Source: Candidatus Margulisiibacteriota bacterium
Lineage (GTDB): Bacteria; Margulisbacteria; Marinamargulisbacteria; JBFWNS01
DNA: 64,000 nt
Reading direction: 5' to 3'
NCBI GenBank assembly: GCA_050250935.1
Contig: JBFWNS010000001.1
Location: 512,122-576,121 of the forward strand
The notes under the pieces are model-generated. The model saw only the letters and a program-made list of their open reading frames with translations, ran no database searches and was not told the origin of the DNA. Below are positions 1-8,918 of this stretch, in pieces (the stretch's first letter is position 1; each line of letters opens with the position of its first letter). A program made the position numbers and the translations under genes.

Positions 1-922
1 TGCCGGATTCGTAAAAAGGTTTGCGGTCTTGGTTGAAAATGTAGGACAGGGCAATGGCAAAAATCAGGATGATGTCCGCCATAGCGGTGCAGAGCACCAG
101 GGCGTCTTTTAAGGAAAAATGCTGGGTGGTTTGAATCATAAAAAAGGCCAGCATTAAAAAGGCGCTAAACAGGCCAAAGACCTCGATCAAGCGGCGGCGT
201 TCGAGTTCTGATAGGGCTTTGAGGGCCGAGGCCGAGTTCATCAGTTGGTCTTGGATTTGCTGGTGGTCGTGGTGGCGGTCGACCAGCAATTGGAGGTGAT
301 GTTGAAGGGTGGCGTCCAGATAGTGGGGGTTGTGCTGCATGGCGTTCAAGAGGGTACTGGCTTCGGCCGTTTTTCGGTGTTTCCACAACCAGTGCAGGTA
401 GCTTTTTTCAAATTCAAAAAGGGTTTGGATTAAAAAGGGGTTTTGAAGGTCCAATTTAAGGGTTTTGGTTATGGCCTCGTGGGCATCGGACCATTGGCCT
501 TTGGCCTGCAAAAAATGCGCATGGTGCAGTTGAAATTCGGCGTTGGTGGGGTAGGTGGCCAACAAGCTTTCCAAATAGCGGCCCATGTAGTCGCTTTTGG
601 TGGGAAACAGTTGGCAGAGCAAGGCCAATTCCAGAAACAAGAGGGGTTCTTTTTCGGTGTCGCCAAGGCCTTCCATGCGGTCTTTGAGCAGGCGTTGAAA
701 GGGAACGGGGTCTGTGGCCACAGCCTGTTTGGCAAAGGTGCGAACATTTTGGCGCCAACGGGGCTGCCAGGTGGCCGGGTGAAACGATTTTTTTTGTTTG
801 ACCGTTTCCAAATAGGCTGAAAACCGACCCAAAACCCCCGTTTCGCCATCCCATTGACCATGAGACAGCAGGGTTAAAATTTCGTTAAGGCCATCCAGGT
901 GAATATCGGCTATGCCAGTCAT
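1..922 (-). CDS. Hypothetical TPR-like protein with C-terminal membrane helices (partial, runs off window start)
   Basis: Not in ORF track. Translated by hand from ATG 922: open to position 1 (MTGIADIHLDGLNEILTLL...YPTNAEFQLHHAHFLQAKGQWSDAHEAITKTLKLDLQNP...RRRLIEVFGLFSAFLMLAFFMIQ...ALVLCTAMADIILIFAIALSYIF). TPR-like helix pair, then hydrophobic segments. Confidence 0.7.
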   Translation of the reverse strand, partial: MTGIADIHLDGLNEILTLLSHGQWDGETGVLGRFSAYLETVKQKKSFHPATWQPRWRQNVRTFAKQAVATDPVPFQRLLKDRMEGLGDTEKEPLLFLELALLCQLFPTKSDYMGRYLESLLATYPTNAEFQLHHAHFLQAKGQWSDAHEAITKTLKLDLQNPFLIQTLFEFEKSYLHWLWKHRKTAEASTLLNAMQHNPHYLDATLQHHLQLLVDRHHDHQQIQDQLMNSASALKALSELERRRLIEVFGLFSAFLMLAFFMIQTTQHFSLKDALVLCTAMADIILIFAIALSYIFNQDRKPFYESG

Positions 923-932
923 GACCCCATCA

Positions 933-969
933 TACGTCAGTTGGGTCTAAACGAGAATGGGGTTTTTGT
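933..969. repeat. 37-bp direct repeat, copy 1 (remnant of HAD gene 3' end)
   Basis: tacgtcagttgggtctaaacgagaatggggtttttgt matches 2553..2589 at 35/37 positions. On the minus strand it encodes KNPILV-stop, the end of the HAD ORF. Confidence 0.85.
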
Positions 970-1021
970 GGGCTCTCCCAGACCCGGGTGTTGGCTTGGT
1001 TGGTCTGGGATGCTTGATTTA

Positions 1022-2404
1022 CTACTGTGTAATTTTTGCTTGAATTTGCGTGGCTAGGTCTACGCAATTCTGTGCGAAGAGAGCAGTTGCTGCTGGCGTA
1101 GTGCCTGCTGCCTTTGCAGCCTCAACGATAGCGCTGCTGGCAGCCCTCATTTTGGTTGCGCCAATCCAATCTCTCATATAAGCGATGTCGCTTAAGCGCC
1201 TTCCAAGGCTTGTTCGCTGTGGCATGACCGTTACAGGGAAGTTGGGTTGTAAAAATCGTAATACCTCGGTGAACACAGTGTGTAGATAGCTTACAACGTC
1301 TTGGCTGGACGTTGCCGCTAATAAGCAAGTGTCCAATGACTCGCCCTTAAGTTTTGTTTGTAAGACATTGGGTTGGTTGAGGGTGTCAAAAACAAATCTT
1401 GCCAAAGCAGACCGATTTTCCACAAGCCTAAATGATTCTTTTTGGGGTACTTGGGTACCATACAAGACGGTGCAAATAGACGCTTGTGGGCCTTTTGTCC
1501 ACCAGTCTAAGATGATGTCAACAACCAGTTTTTTTAGGAAAAAGCTTTGTTCGGTTCTTTGATTTGGGGGTAAATTTATTAGCCTATTTATTTCATCATC
1601 AATGTTATCCATTGATGTGGGTTTGCCCTTCTGCCATGCGGCGGGGACCCCAGTGCCGTTGGTTTTGGTTTTGGAGGAAAAGTGACTTGTAACCAAGCTG
1701 TTTATCCCGTTTACGGCCGGGGTTGCGGGTATAGTTGTGGGTACGCCATGCTTAATGGCGAGAAAATTGGCAATGGGTGCGTTTCCACGTGCCGTAACAT
1801 CTTGAACCTGTCGGTTGAGTTGGCCTAGGGTATCGGCTAAAAGTAATTGAGAATCATTTGTTAAATGGCGAGCGGCCCCTCTTTTAGAACTTATGCGTCC
1901 TATCAGAGCAAGAAATGCCGTGACAGCTGCTCCAACGCCTAGGGCTATGATTGCGCTTGTCGACGTTCTAGCGTTGTTTTCGGTTATTTGGCCGGTTTCT
2001 TGATTAATACACAATGCGTGATCGAGATCGGTACCTCCAGGAAGTTTTTCAATACAGTTTTGTTGTATTAGTGTGATGTTGAAACCGGCCACTTTTTTGG
2101 CCATCATGGCAAGCAAACCCAGTACTAAAAGGGGTTTTGAAGGCCTGCTATTTAAGCTTGTTGCAAGAGGTGCTTTTGAGGCGCTTTGGGGGGCTGGTGT
2201 TGGCTGTTTTTTCGGAGGATTTTGGGTTACAATCCGCGCCTGTGCTGAGGCCAAGGTGCTTGCAGTGTCGGGGGTTGATTTTGGTGCAACAGGGGCTGCT
2301 GGGACCTTGACCTTGGGACTATTGAGGAGTCTAACTGGAGTGCGTTCGCCTTCGCGTGGAAGGCCGGTAAATTGGTTGGAGACACTAATGGGGGCAATAG
2401 ACAT
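1022..2404 (-). CDS. Orphan two-TM protein, paralog A (candidate secreted effector)
   Basis: 460-aa ORF with SD-like GAGG. S/P/T-rich N-terminus, two hydrophobic segments, C-terminal domain clearly similar to 3148..4995 (QSFFLKKLVVDIILDWW vs QSSFLKNLIIDAVLQWW; LKGESLDT vs LKGETLDT). Confidence 0.85.
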   Translation of the reverse strand: MSIAPISVSNQFTGLPREGERTPVRLLNSPKVKVPAAPVAPKSTPDTASTLASAQARIVTQNPPKKQPTPAPQSASKAPLATSLNSRPSKPLLVLGLLAMMAKKVAGFNITLIQQNCIEKLPGGTDLDHALCINQETGQITENNARTSTSAIIALGVGAAVTAFLALIGRISSKRGAARHLTNDSQLLLADTLGQLNRQVQDVTARGNAPIANFLAIKHGVPTTIPATPAVNGINSLVTSHFSSKTKTNGTGVPAAWQKGKPTSMDNIDDEINRLINLPPNQRTEQSFFLKKLVVDIILDWWTKGPQASICTVLYGTQVPQKESFRLVENRSALARFVFDTLNQPNVLQTKLKGESLDTCLLAATSSQDVVSYLHTVFTEVLRFLQPNFPVTVMPQRTSLGRRLSDIAYMRDWIGATKMRAASSAIVEAAKAAGTTPAATALFAQNCVDLATQIQAKITQ

Positions 2405-2463
2405 TTTTTTCCTCTCTTTAGGGCAGGTTTAATTTTTCGATGTAATTTTAAATCGATACAATG

Positions 2464-2494
2464 GTTATCGAATAGGGTTTATGTGAAATTTCAA
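2464..2494 (-). promoter_or_regulatory. Candidate sigma28/FliA-like promoter TTGAAATTT-N13-TTCGATAAC
   Basis: Same bipartite motif and spacing as 5055..5085. Both end 60 nt from the start codon of a paralog. Resembles the sigma28 consensus TAAA-N15/16-GCCGATAA. Confidence 0.65.
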
Positions 2495-2552
2495 TTTTTT
2501 TTCGCCCTTGTACAATTTTGACAATAATTCCATCAGAAAACGACCAATAGTT

Positions 2553-2589
2553 TACGTTAGTTGGGTCTAAACGAGAATGGGATTTTTGT
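2553..2589. repeat. 37-bp direct repeat, copy 2 (3' end of HAD gene)
   Basis: Matches 933..969 at offset 1620. Confidence 0.85.
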
Positions 2590-3139
2590 AAAAGGTGGGG
2601 AGCACCCAGGTGGTGTTGGCGGGGAGGTCGAAGGGTGGTTTTTGATCGTCCACCCAGACCAAGCTGTCGTGTTGGTTGGCCAGGGTCCAAATGGCCTCTT
2701 GTTTGAAGGCCCACAAGGGACGATAGTCCCCATTTTTTCGCATTTGCAAGCCTTGGTAGGGAATCGCAAATTTGGACAAGAACGCCTCGGTTTTGGGGCG
2801 GCAGGCTTCGTTTCGGTTGGTTAAAAAAATTACCGAAGGCGAGGCTTCTTGAAGGGCGCCAATGGCTTCGGGGAAGGGGCAGTCGTTTTCCAGGTCCAAG
2901 CTGGCCAGCCAGGCATAAAATTCGGGGGAGAAGGCATCGCGGTGGGGGCAATCCATGGACAGGTGGAAATGGTCGGTTTGCTGGGGTTTACACAGGTCTC
3001 CGTCTTGAATAAAGGTCCCATCGTGCGCCACTACTGGGCAATGATGCGGCCCTGTTGCCAAGCACGCGACCCAGTAGGGGTCGCGGCCAGGCTTGGGGGC
3101 GCAGATGGTAAAGTCGATGTCGGAGACCAGTTGGGGCAT
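2567..3139 (-). CDS. HAD-superfamily phosphatase (polynucleotide kinase 3'-phosphatase-like)
   Basis: Motif I DIDFT, motif II FLTNR, MRKNGDYR...K and terminal VDD. Confidence 0.75.
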   Translation of the reverse strand: MPQLVSDIDFTICAPKPGRDPYWVACLATGPHHCPVVAHDGTFIQDGDLCKPQQTDHFHLSMDCPHRDAFSPEFYAWLASLDLENDCPFPEAIGALQEASPSVIFLTNRNEACRPKTEAFLSKFAIPYQGLQMRKNGDYRPLWAFKQEAIWTLANQHDSLVWVDDQKPPFDLPANTTWVLPTFYKNPILV

Positions 3140-3147
3140 GGGTCTTA

Positions 3148-4995
3148 TTATTGTTTGGTGATTTTTGCTTCGATTTGGGCTGCAAGATTGCTTGCTTGTG
3201 GTTTGTTTGTATTTATACCAGTGGCTTCTCTTGTTAAGCGTTCACACTCCGCTGTCATAGCGTTTTTACCTACTTTGCTTCTCATTGCAGACAGATCGTC
3301 TGCCTTCTGTCTAAACCACCCTGTTTTTTCTGGAGTGGCTGTTCCAACAAAATGGGTCAGTAAATGTGTTTGAACAACGTCTGCCACTTTATTGATATGA
3401 GTGACAACCGCTTGGTCTGTGGCCCCGCTCCTGCACAATACTGTGTCCAGTGTTTCCCCTTTAAGTTCTGGTTGTGTTGGGAAATCCAGTGTTGATCTTA
3501 CGTACCGGGCAATGGCGGATCGGGTTTCTGCAAACAATCGATCTTTCAATGGCTCAGTAATTTCTAGTACGCTGCATAGTGAAGCTTCGGGGCCATCTAT
3601 CCACCACTGTAAGACAGCATCGATAATTAGGTTTTTCAAAAAGCTACTTTGTGTTGTGATAGTAGTTTTATTCTGCAATAGATTTGAGATTTCGGTGCTG
3701 ATGTGGGCCATTGTTACTGGGATTATTGTTCCAGTAGTGCCTGTCCAGGTTGGGAGTTGTTGTGGCTGTTGTTGCTGTTGTGGTTGTAGTGCAGTAAATT
3801 TGATTATCAGACTATCGATGCCTTCTCTTGCTACTTGAGCCCCTACACCTGTGGTGCCGGTGGCGCTCCCGTGTCGGATAGCGTTAAAGTTTGGTTGGGT
3901 CGCATTAATATTCATGTTGGTGGCTACAGCGTTTTGAGCCTTACGGTTGAGATGATGAAGATTTCTTGCGACAAGTTCATCTGTGTGGCGCATTAAATGT
4001 TTTGCCGCTCCCCAACGCCAACCGAGAAGTGCTGCAAGTGATACAACAACTCCTGTCGCAGCGGCGGTACCCAAAACGCCAGATACGGTTGTGGCTGTGC
4101 TGGCTGCGCCCGAGGCAGTACTTGCTGCGCCCGAGGCAGTACTTGCTGCGCTGGCGGCTGTGTTGGCAGCTGTTGATGCTGCGCTGGCGGCTGTGGTTGC
4201 AGAACTGGATGCTGCAACTGTGGCGTTTCTTAATTCGACAAGCGAAAATCGGTTGGCTGCAAGTTCTGTCAGGGCCGTAGCGAGGCTGCTTTGAGCTTGG
4301 TCAATGGCTATTGAACTGTTACCTAGCTCAGCAAAGAGCTCCCCTGCGACGCAGTAGAATGTTTGGGCAACTTGATCGGTGTCCGGCAGATTTAAAAATT
4401 GCTCTTTGCAGGTTGCTACAATGGCAGTAACGTTGGTGGCAGCTGCAGCGGCTCCAAATTGGGAAGCGAAAAGGCCGAGTGCAGAGACCGTCAAAGCCAT
4501 CAAGTTTGAAATTGCAGTCTCCCTTGAAGACCCACTAGTAGATTTTAATGTTTGTGCTTCAGGGGTCTGTTTAAGTTGTTCAATAACATCCTGGGCTTGT
4601 TCTCTGGAAAGATTTTGGAACGGTACCACTTTGTCTTGGGTAACCAAATACAACGACGTTGTTTTTCCAGAGTTGCTTGGAACCTGAATAATTTGAACCC
4701 CTGGAAAAGAGGCGGCAAGCGAGAGTTCTGGCTTTTTTCTGCCAGTAGCTTTTTGGTCTGCGAAAATGGCGCGAACAGCGGAAGGGCTGATGTTTAATTC
4801 CTGGGCTAGTTTTGGAAGACTTTGATCGACCACCTGAGCTTGCATGGCGGCCAAAGATTGGGCAGAAACGGTTGAGGGCAGGGTTGAAGCGGGTGTAGGG
4901 CGGTGGCTTTTGGGTGTAGCATCCGCTTCTGGACCTGCAACATTGACTTGGAGGACACTAAACGGATTAACACGGGGTGTAGCTGCAACAGACAT
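3148..4995 (-). CDS. Orphan two-TM protein, paralog B, with Ala/Ser/Thr heptad repeats and poly-Gln tract (candidate secreted effector)
   Basis: 615-aa ORF with SD GGAGG. Paralogous to 1022..2404 and ends NLAAQIEAKITKQ vs DLATQIQAKITQ. Confidence 0.85.
   Translation of the reverse strand: MSVAATPRVNPFSVLQVNVAGPEADATPKSHRPTPASTLPSTVSAQSLAAMQAQVVDQSLPKLAQELNISPSAVRAIFADQKATGRKKPELSLAASFPGVQIIQVPSNSGKTTSLYLVTQDKVVPFQNLSREQAQDVIEQLKQTPEAQTLKSTSGSSRETAISNLMALTVSALGLFASQFGAAAAATNVTAIVATCKEQFLNLPDTDQVAQTFYCVAGELFAELGNSSIAIDQAQSSLATALTELAANRFSLVELRNATVAASSSATTAASAASTAANTAASAASTASGAASTASGAASTATTVSGVLGTAAATGVVVSLAALLGWRWGAAKHLMRHTDELVARNLHHLNRKAQNAVATNMNINATQPNFNAIRHGSATGTTGVGAQVAREGIDSLIIKFTALQPQQQQQPQQLPTWTGTTGTIIPVTMAHISTEISNLLQNKTTITTQSSFLKNLIIDAVLQWWIDGPEASLCSVLEITEPLKDRLFAETRSAIARYVRSTLDFPTQPELKGETLDTVLCRSGATDQAVVTHINKVADVVQTHLLTHFVGTATPEKTGWFRQKADDLSAMRSKVGKNAMTAECERLTREATGINTNKPQASNLAAQIEAKITKQ
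4103..4151. repeat. 21-bp intragenic tandem repeat (ASTASGA heptads)
   Basis: gctgcgcccgaggcagtactt x2 exact plus a partial copy, with degenerate copies extending to about 4200. Confidence 0.85.
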
Positions 4996-5054
4996 AATTT
5001 TCCTCCCTAAAAAACAACTTTAAATTTTGGACAAACCTAAAAGTCTGTCAAACA

Positions 5055-5085
5055 GTTATCGAAGACTGCCCTGCCAAAATTTCAA
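5055..5085 (-). promoter_or_regulatory. Candidate sigma28/FliA-like promoter TTGAAATTT-N13-TTCGATAAC
   Basis: Identical boxes and spacer length to 2464..2494, with a different spacer sequence. Confidence 0.65.
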
Positions 5086-5093
5086 AAACTTTT

Positions 5094-6200
5094 TTACAGG
5101 TGTGGTTGTCGTTGATAGTTGGACCCGCCTTGGTCTTGGATTAACCCTTGAAGTTCTAGCCCCGAAAGCAGCGGCAGCAACAGGCCAATGGCCAGGCCGG
5201 TTTTGACTGCGAGGGCGTCCAAAGAGTGTGGGGTATCCAGATGGGACAGGATGGTTTTTTCGTCTGCAGATAGGGTGTTGGGCAGTGGGGGGAGGGCTTG
5301 GGGTTGTGTGGGAGTGGCTTTGGCCGTGGGTTCAAGGGGGCGGCCCAGTTCGTCGGCAATGTCGTTGGGGGTTTGGACCAGCTTGGCCCCGTCTTGGATC
5401 AGTCGATGAACCCCGGCGGCATGGGGGGAAAAAATCGAGTTTGGAACGGCGAAAACCTCTCGGCCTTGTTCCAGGGCATGGCGGGCCGTAATCAGAGAGC
5501 CGCTTTTGTCCCCAGCCTCGCAGACCACCACCCCCAAAGACAACCCACTGATGATGCGGTTGCGCTGGGGAAATCGAAAGGCCAAAGACGGGGTTCCAGG
5601 TGGAAATTCCGAAACCATGGCCCCGGTTTGGACCAGGGTTTCGGCCAAGCGTCGGTTTTGGGTGGGATAGACGATGTCTAGCCCTGTGGCCACCACGGCC
5701 ACGGTGATAAACCCTTCTTCCAGGGCGGCTTGGTGGGCGGCCGTGTCCACGCCTTCGGCCAGCCCAGATACCGTCGAAAATTGGCTTCCCAGCGCCTTAA
5801 CCAAGGTTTTGGCCACCTGAATGCCATAGGCCGAGGCTTTTCTGGGGCCGACAAACCCAAGGCCAGGCAAGGACAAAACCTGGGCATTCCCTTTCAAATA
5901 GAGAATGGCTGGGGGATCGGGAATTTCAGAGAGCAGACTGGGGTAGTCTGGGTCTCCCAAACCCAGCATCCGAATGCCTTGGTTCTCGACCCAGGCACGG
6001 TATCGGGTGGGGTTAAACCCGCTGCGCCATTGTAGAAATTTGGTTTTGGTTTCGGCTCGTAGGGCCAAGGGGTCGAACCAGTCGTCGGGTTTTTGGCGCA
6101 GGTCTTCCCAGGTTTCGACGGCTTGTAACAGGGCATGAATGCGGCCAGGGGAATCGGCAAAAATCGAGCTTAAGAACAGCAGTAAATCGGGATCATGCAT
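5094..6200 (-). CDS. dprA: DNA-processing protein DprA
   Basis: DYPSLLSEIPDPP, VSGLAEGVDTAAH, FPQRNRIISGLS, KSGSLITA motifs. Start moved to MHDPDLL (6200), which overlaps the dxr stop. Confidence 0.95.
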   Translation of the reverse strand: MHDPDLLLFLSSIFADSPGRIHALLQAVETWEDLRQKPDDWFDPLALRAETKTKFLQWRSGFNPTRYRAWVENQGIRMLGLGDPDYPSLLSEIPDPPAILYLKGNAQVLSLPGLGFVGPRKASAYGIQVAKTLVKALGSQFSTVSGLAEGVDTAAHQAALEEGFITVAVVATGLDIVYPTQNRRLAETLVQTGAMVSEFPPGTPSLAFRFPQRNRIISGLSLGVVVCEAGDKSGSLITARHALEQGREVFAVPNSIFSPHAAGVHRLIQDGAKLVQTPNDIADELGRPLEPTAKATPTQPQALPPLPNTLSADEKTILSHLDTPHSLDALAVKTGLAIGLLLPLLSGLELQGLIQDQGGSNYQRQPHL

Positions 6201-7353
6201 GGGCGAGCAGTGTTTTTTCCTTGGTTTCGGCATCCAGGGCCACCAGGGTTTCGATGTCCGGTTCTGGAAGGGCAATATGGGTTTCGACCGCTTTGGCCAC
6301 GCAGCGGTGGATGTCGGTATAGCCAATTTTTCCCTCCAAAAACAAGTGAACAGCGGCTTCGTTTGCGGCGTTCATGACAGCCGGTAGGCTGCCCCCGGCT
6401 TTGCCACAGTCGAAGGCCAATTGCAGCAAGGGAAATTTGGAAACATCGGGTTCAAAAAAGGTTAATTCTCCCAATTCCCACAGCGGTTTTTTGGGCCAGG
6501 GGTTGGGCCATTTTTCGGGATAGGTTAGGGCATATTGAATGGGAAATCTCATGTCGGGAAGCCCCAGTTGGGCCAAATGGGTTCCGTCTGTAAATTCGAC
6601 CAAGGCGTGGACGATGCTTTGGGGGTGAATCACCGCTTGGATACTGTCGTAGCCAATGCCAAACAGCTGGTGGGCTTCGATAATTTCCAGCCCTTTGTTC
6701 ATTAAGGTGGACGAGTCGATGGTGATTTTCGAGCCCATGGTCCATTTGGGATGTCGAAGGGCTTCTTCCCGGGTGATGGTTGAAAATTTGGTGGCAGGGC
6801 GGTTCCAAAAGGGGCCGCCAGAAGCTGTTAAAATCAGGGTGTCGACCTGGTTGGGGTCTTCTTGGATGCCGGCCAAACATTGTTTAAGGGCAGCATGTTC
6901 CGAATCGATGGGCAAAATGGGTACGTTTTTGGTTTTCGCCAAGGCCATAATACGGTCGCCGGCGGCCACCAGCACCTCTTTACAGGCCAACCCAATGGGA
7001 ATCCCAGCCTCGATGGCCCGATAGGTTGGCATTAACGATGCCGTTCCCACAATGGCCACCACCAGCAAATCGTTGTCGGGGGCTGCGGCAATGTCGATCA
7101 GGCCTTGTGGGCCCACCAGGACTTCGCAGTGTAGGGCGTTGTCCGCCACAAAAGCACGCAGCGTTTGTTGGGCGGCTTCTGTTAAAACCCCGATGCGCTT
7201 GGGTTTAAATTCCAAAATTTGTTGCTTGAACAGGTCGATGTTGTTGCCGGCCGTTAGCCCTGCAATGGCAAATTGATGGGGAAATTCTCGGACAATGTCC
7301 AGGGTTTGACGCCCAATCGAGCCGGTAGATCCCAAAATAGAAAGGGTTTTCAT
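6193..7353 (-). CDS. dxr: 1-deoxy-D-xylulose 5-phosphate reductoisomerase
   Basis: LGSTGSIG, LPIDSEH, LTASGGPF, MNKGLEIIEA, NAANE motifs. Confidence 0.98.
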   Translation of the reverse strand: MKTLSILGSTGSIGRQTLDIVREFPHQFAIAGLTAGNNIDLFKQQILEFKPKRIGVLTEAAQQTLRAFVADNALHCEVLVGPQGLIDIAAAPDNDLLVVAIVGTASLMPTYRAIEAGIPIGLACKEVLVAAGDRIMALAKTKNVPILPIDSEHAALKQCLAGIQEDPNQVDTLILTASGGPFWNRPATKFSTITREEALRHPKWTMGSKITIDSSTLMNKGLEIIEAHQLFGIGYDSIQAVIHPQSIVHALVEFTDGTHLAQLGLPDMRFPIQYALTYPEKWPNPWPKKPLWELGELTFFEPDVSKFPLLQLAFDCGKAGGSLPAVMNAANEAAVHLFLEGKIGYTDIHRCVAKAVETHIALPEPDIETLVALDAETKEKTLLAHA

Positions 7354-7356
7354 GGT

Positions 7357-8136
7357 CTAGTTAAACAGGTAAAACACGGCAGGGATCACGAACAAGGTGC
7401 TGTCGGCTCGGTCGTAAATGCCGCCATGGCCTGGCAAAATGTTGGACGAATCTTTGGTTCTAAACGTTCGCTTAACCAGCGATTCGTGTAAATCCCCGCA
7501 TTGGGCCACCACACAAATGCCGACAGCCAAGGGCAGATACAGCAGATAGGCCAAGTGAAAATAATGGCAAAACCCGGCTGCCCATACCAGGGTCAACAAG
7601 GTGCCAATCACCGACCCTTCGATGGTTTTTTTGGGGCTTAAGTTCGACAAGGGGGTTTTTCCTAAAAAACGGCCTCCAAACAAAGCTGCGATGTCGAGCA
7701 TCCAAATGCAAGAACACACAAAGGCCATTAACAACAGCCCATGGTTGCCGTTCCTCAGCAAGAAAATAAAGGGAAAGGTTCCCGAAATAAACAGGGCGAT
7801 TTTTAAGGTGGCCAACAGTGGGGTTTTGAACAATAAAACTTTTTTCGAAAACAGCTCGACCAGGTATCCCGCAATCAGGCCCAAACAAAGAATGGCAATC
7901 AAGGGATGTTCCCAAGCCGAGTTCCAATAGAAGCAAGAGCCCAGAGCCAGGCCCACCAGCACATAGGCCAGCCATCCTTGAACGCGAACTTGGTTTTTTC
8001 GGTGCATCTCGATCAGTTCGTAGGTGCTTAGCAGCGAAATGATGGCCACCCAAATAAAGAGCAAGAGACCCCCGTAATAGGTGGTTGCGACCCCAACCCC
8101 AATCAAGGCCAATCCGGTGATGATGCGTTTAGTCAT
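7357..8136 (-). CDS. cdsA: Phosphatidate cytidylyltransferase
   Basis: Multi-TM; SPKKTIEG, GDLHESLVKR...KDSSNILPGHGGIYDRADS. Lies between uppS and dxr. Confidence 0.95.
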   Translation of the reverse strand: MTKRIITGLALIGVGVATTYYGGLLLFIWVAIISLLSTYELIEMHRKNQVRVQGWLAYVLVGLALGSCFYWNSAWEHPLIAILCLGLIAGYLVELFSKKVLLFKTPLLATLKIALFISGTFPFIFLLRNGNHGLLLMAFVCSCIWMLDIAALFGGRFLGKTPLSNLSPKKTIEGSVIGTLLTLVWAAGFCHYFHLAYLLYLPLAVGICVVAQCGDLHESLVKRTFRTKDSSNILPGHGGIYDRADSTLFVIPAVFYLFN

Positions 8137-8914
8137 TCAATCCTCCATAGCGACGGTCTCGGGTTTGGAATTGCCGAATAATGGTGGTTAAAGCGGTTTC
8201 ATTGAAGTCTGGCCATAGCAGGTCTTCCAGCACAAAAAACTCGCTGTAGGCACATTGCCAGAGCATAAAATTGCTGATGCGATGGTCGCCACCGGTTCGG
8301 ATTAGGATATCGGGATCGGGACTGTTCTGGGTATACAGATAGGTGTTAAACAACGCTTCGGTTAAATCGGCTTCGGTGTGTTTGCCGGATTGAACATCGG
8401 TTGCCCAACGCTGGGCTGCATGAACCAGCTCGAGGCGACTGCCATAGTTCATCATCAGATTGAGTTGTAGGGTTTGGTTGTTTTGGGTTTGGGCTTCGGC
8501 GTCCCGAATGCCTTTTTGAAGTTTGGGATCCAGCGCTTCCAGATGGCCCAGGCAGTTGATGCGAACCCCTTCTTTGTGCAGGGCTTTGGTTTCTTGGCGA
8601 AGCATTTCGGCAAAAAATCCCATTAAAAACGAGACCTCGCCTTCGGGACGTTTCCAGTTTTCGGTGGAAAAGGTGTAGACGCTTAAATGATGAATGCCCA
8701 GTCGCACACAGGCCTTGATGGTTTTGCGCAAAGCTTCTGCGCCCTGTTTGTGGCCAAAATTGCGGGGCATGTGTCGTTGTTTGGCCCATCGACCGTTGCC
8801 GTCCATAATTACGGCCACATGGGCAGGCATTTTGGATGAATCCAGGTTCAGGGATTGGCAGATGCTGTCTAGGGATTCGGTGCGGTTTTGAAGGCCAATA
8901 ATGGGCGTTGGCAT
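8129..8914 (-). CDS. uppS: Undecaprenyl diphosphate synthase
   Basis: HVAVIMDGNGRWA, FSTENWKRP, DPDILIRTGG..RISNFMLWQ. Confidence 0.97.
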   Translation of the reverse strand: MPTPIIGLQNRTESLDSICQSLNLDSSKMPAHVAVIMDGNGRWAKQRHMPRNFGHKQGAEALRKTIKACVRLGIHHLSVYTFSTENWKRPEGEVSFLMGFFAEMLRQETKALHKEGVRINCLGHLEALDPKLQKGIRDAEAQTQNNQTLQLNLMMNYGSRLELVHAAQRWATDVQSGKHTEADLTEALFNTYLYTQNSPDPDILIRTGGDHRISNFMLWQCAYSEFFVLEDLLWPDFNETALTTIIRQFQTRDRRYGGLND

Positions 8915-8918
8915 GCGA

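Noticed and set aside
165..861. ORF-track ORFs in the first 900 bp
   Set aside because: They are shadow frames of the real minus-strand gene starting at 922, which the track missed because it runs off the window.
4085..4210. CRISPR-like or other non-coding repeat array
   Set aside because: The repeats are contiguous, in-frame 21-mers without spacers. No CRISPR array or cas gene was seen anywhere in the window.
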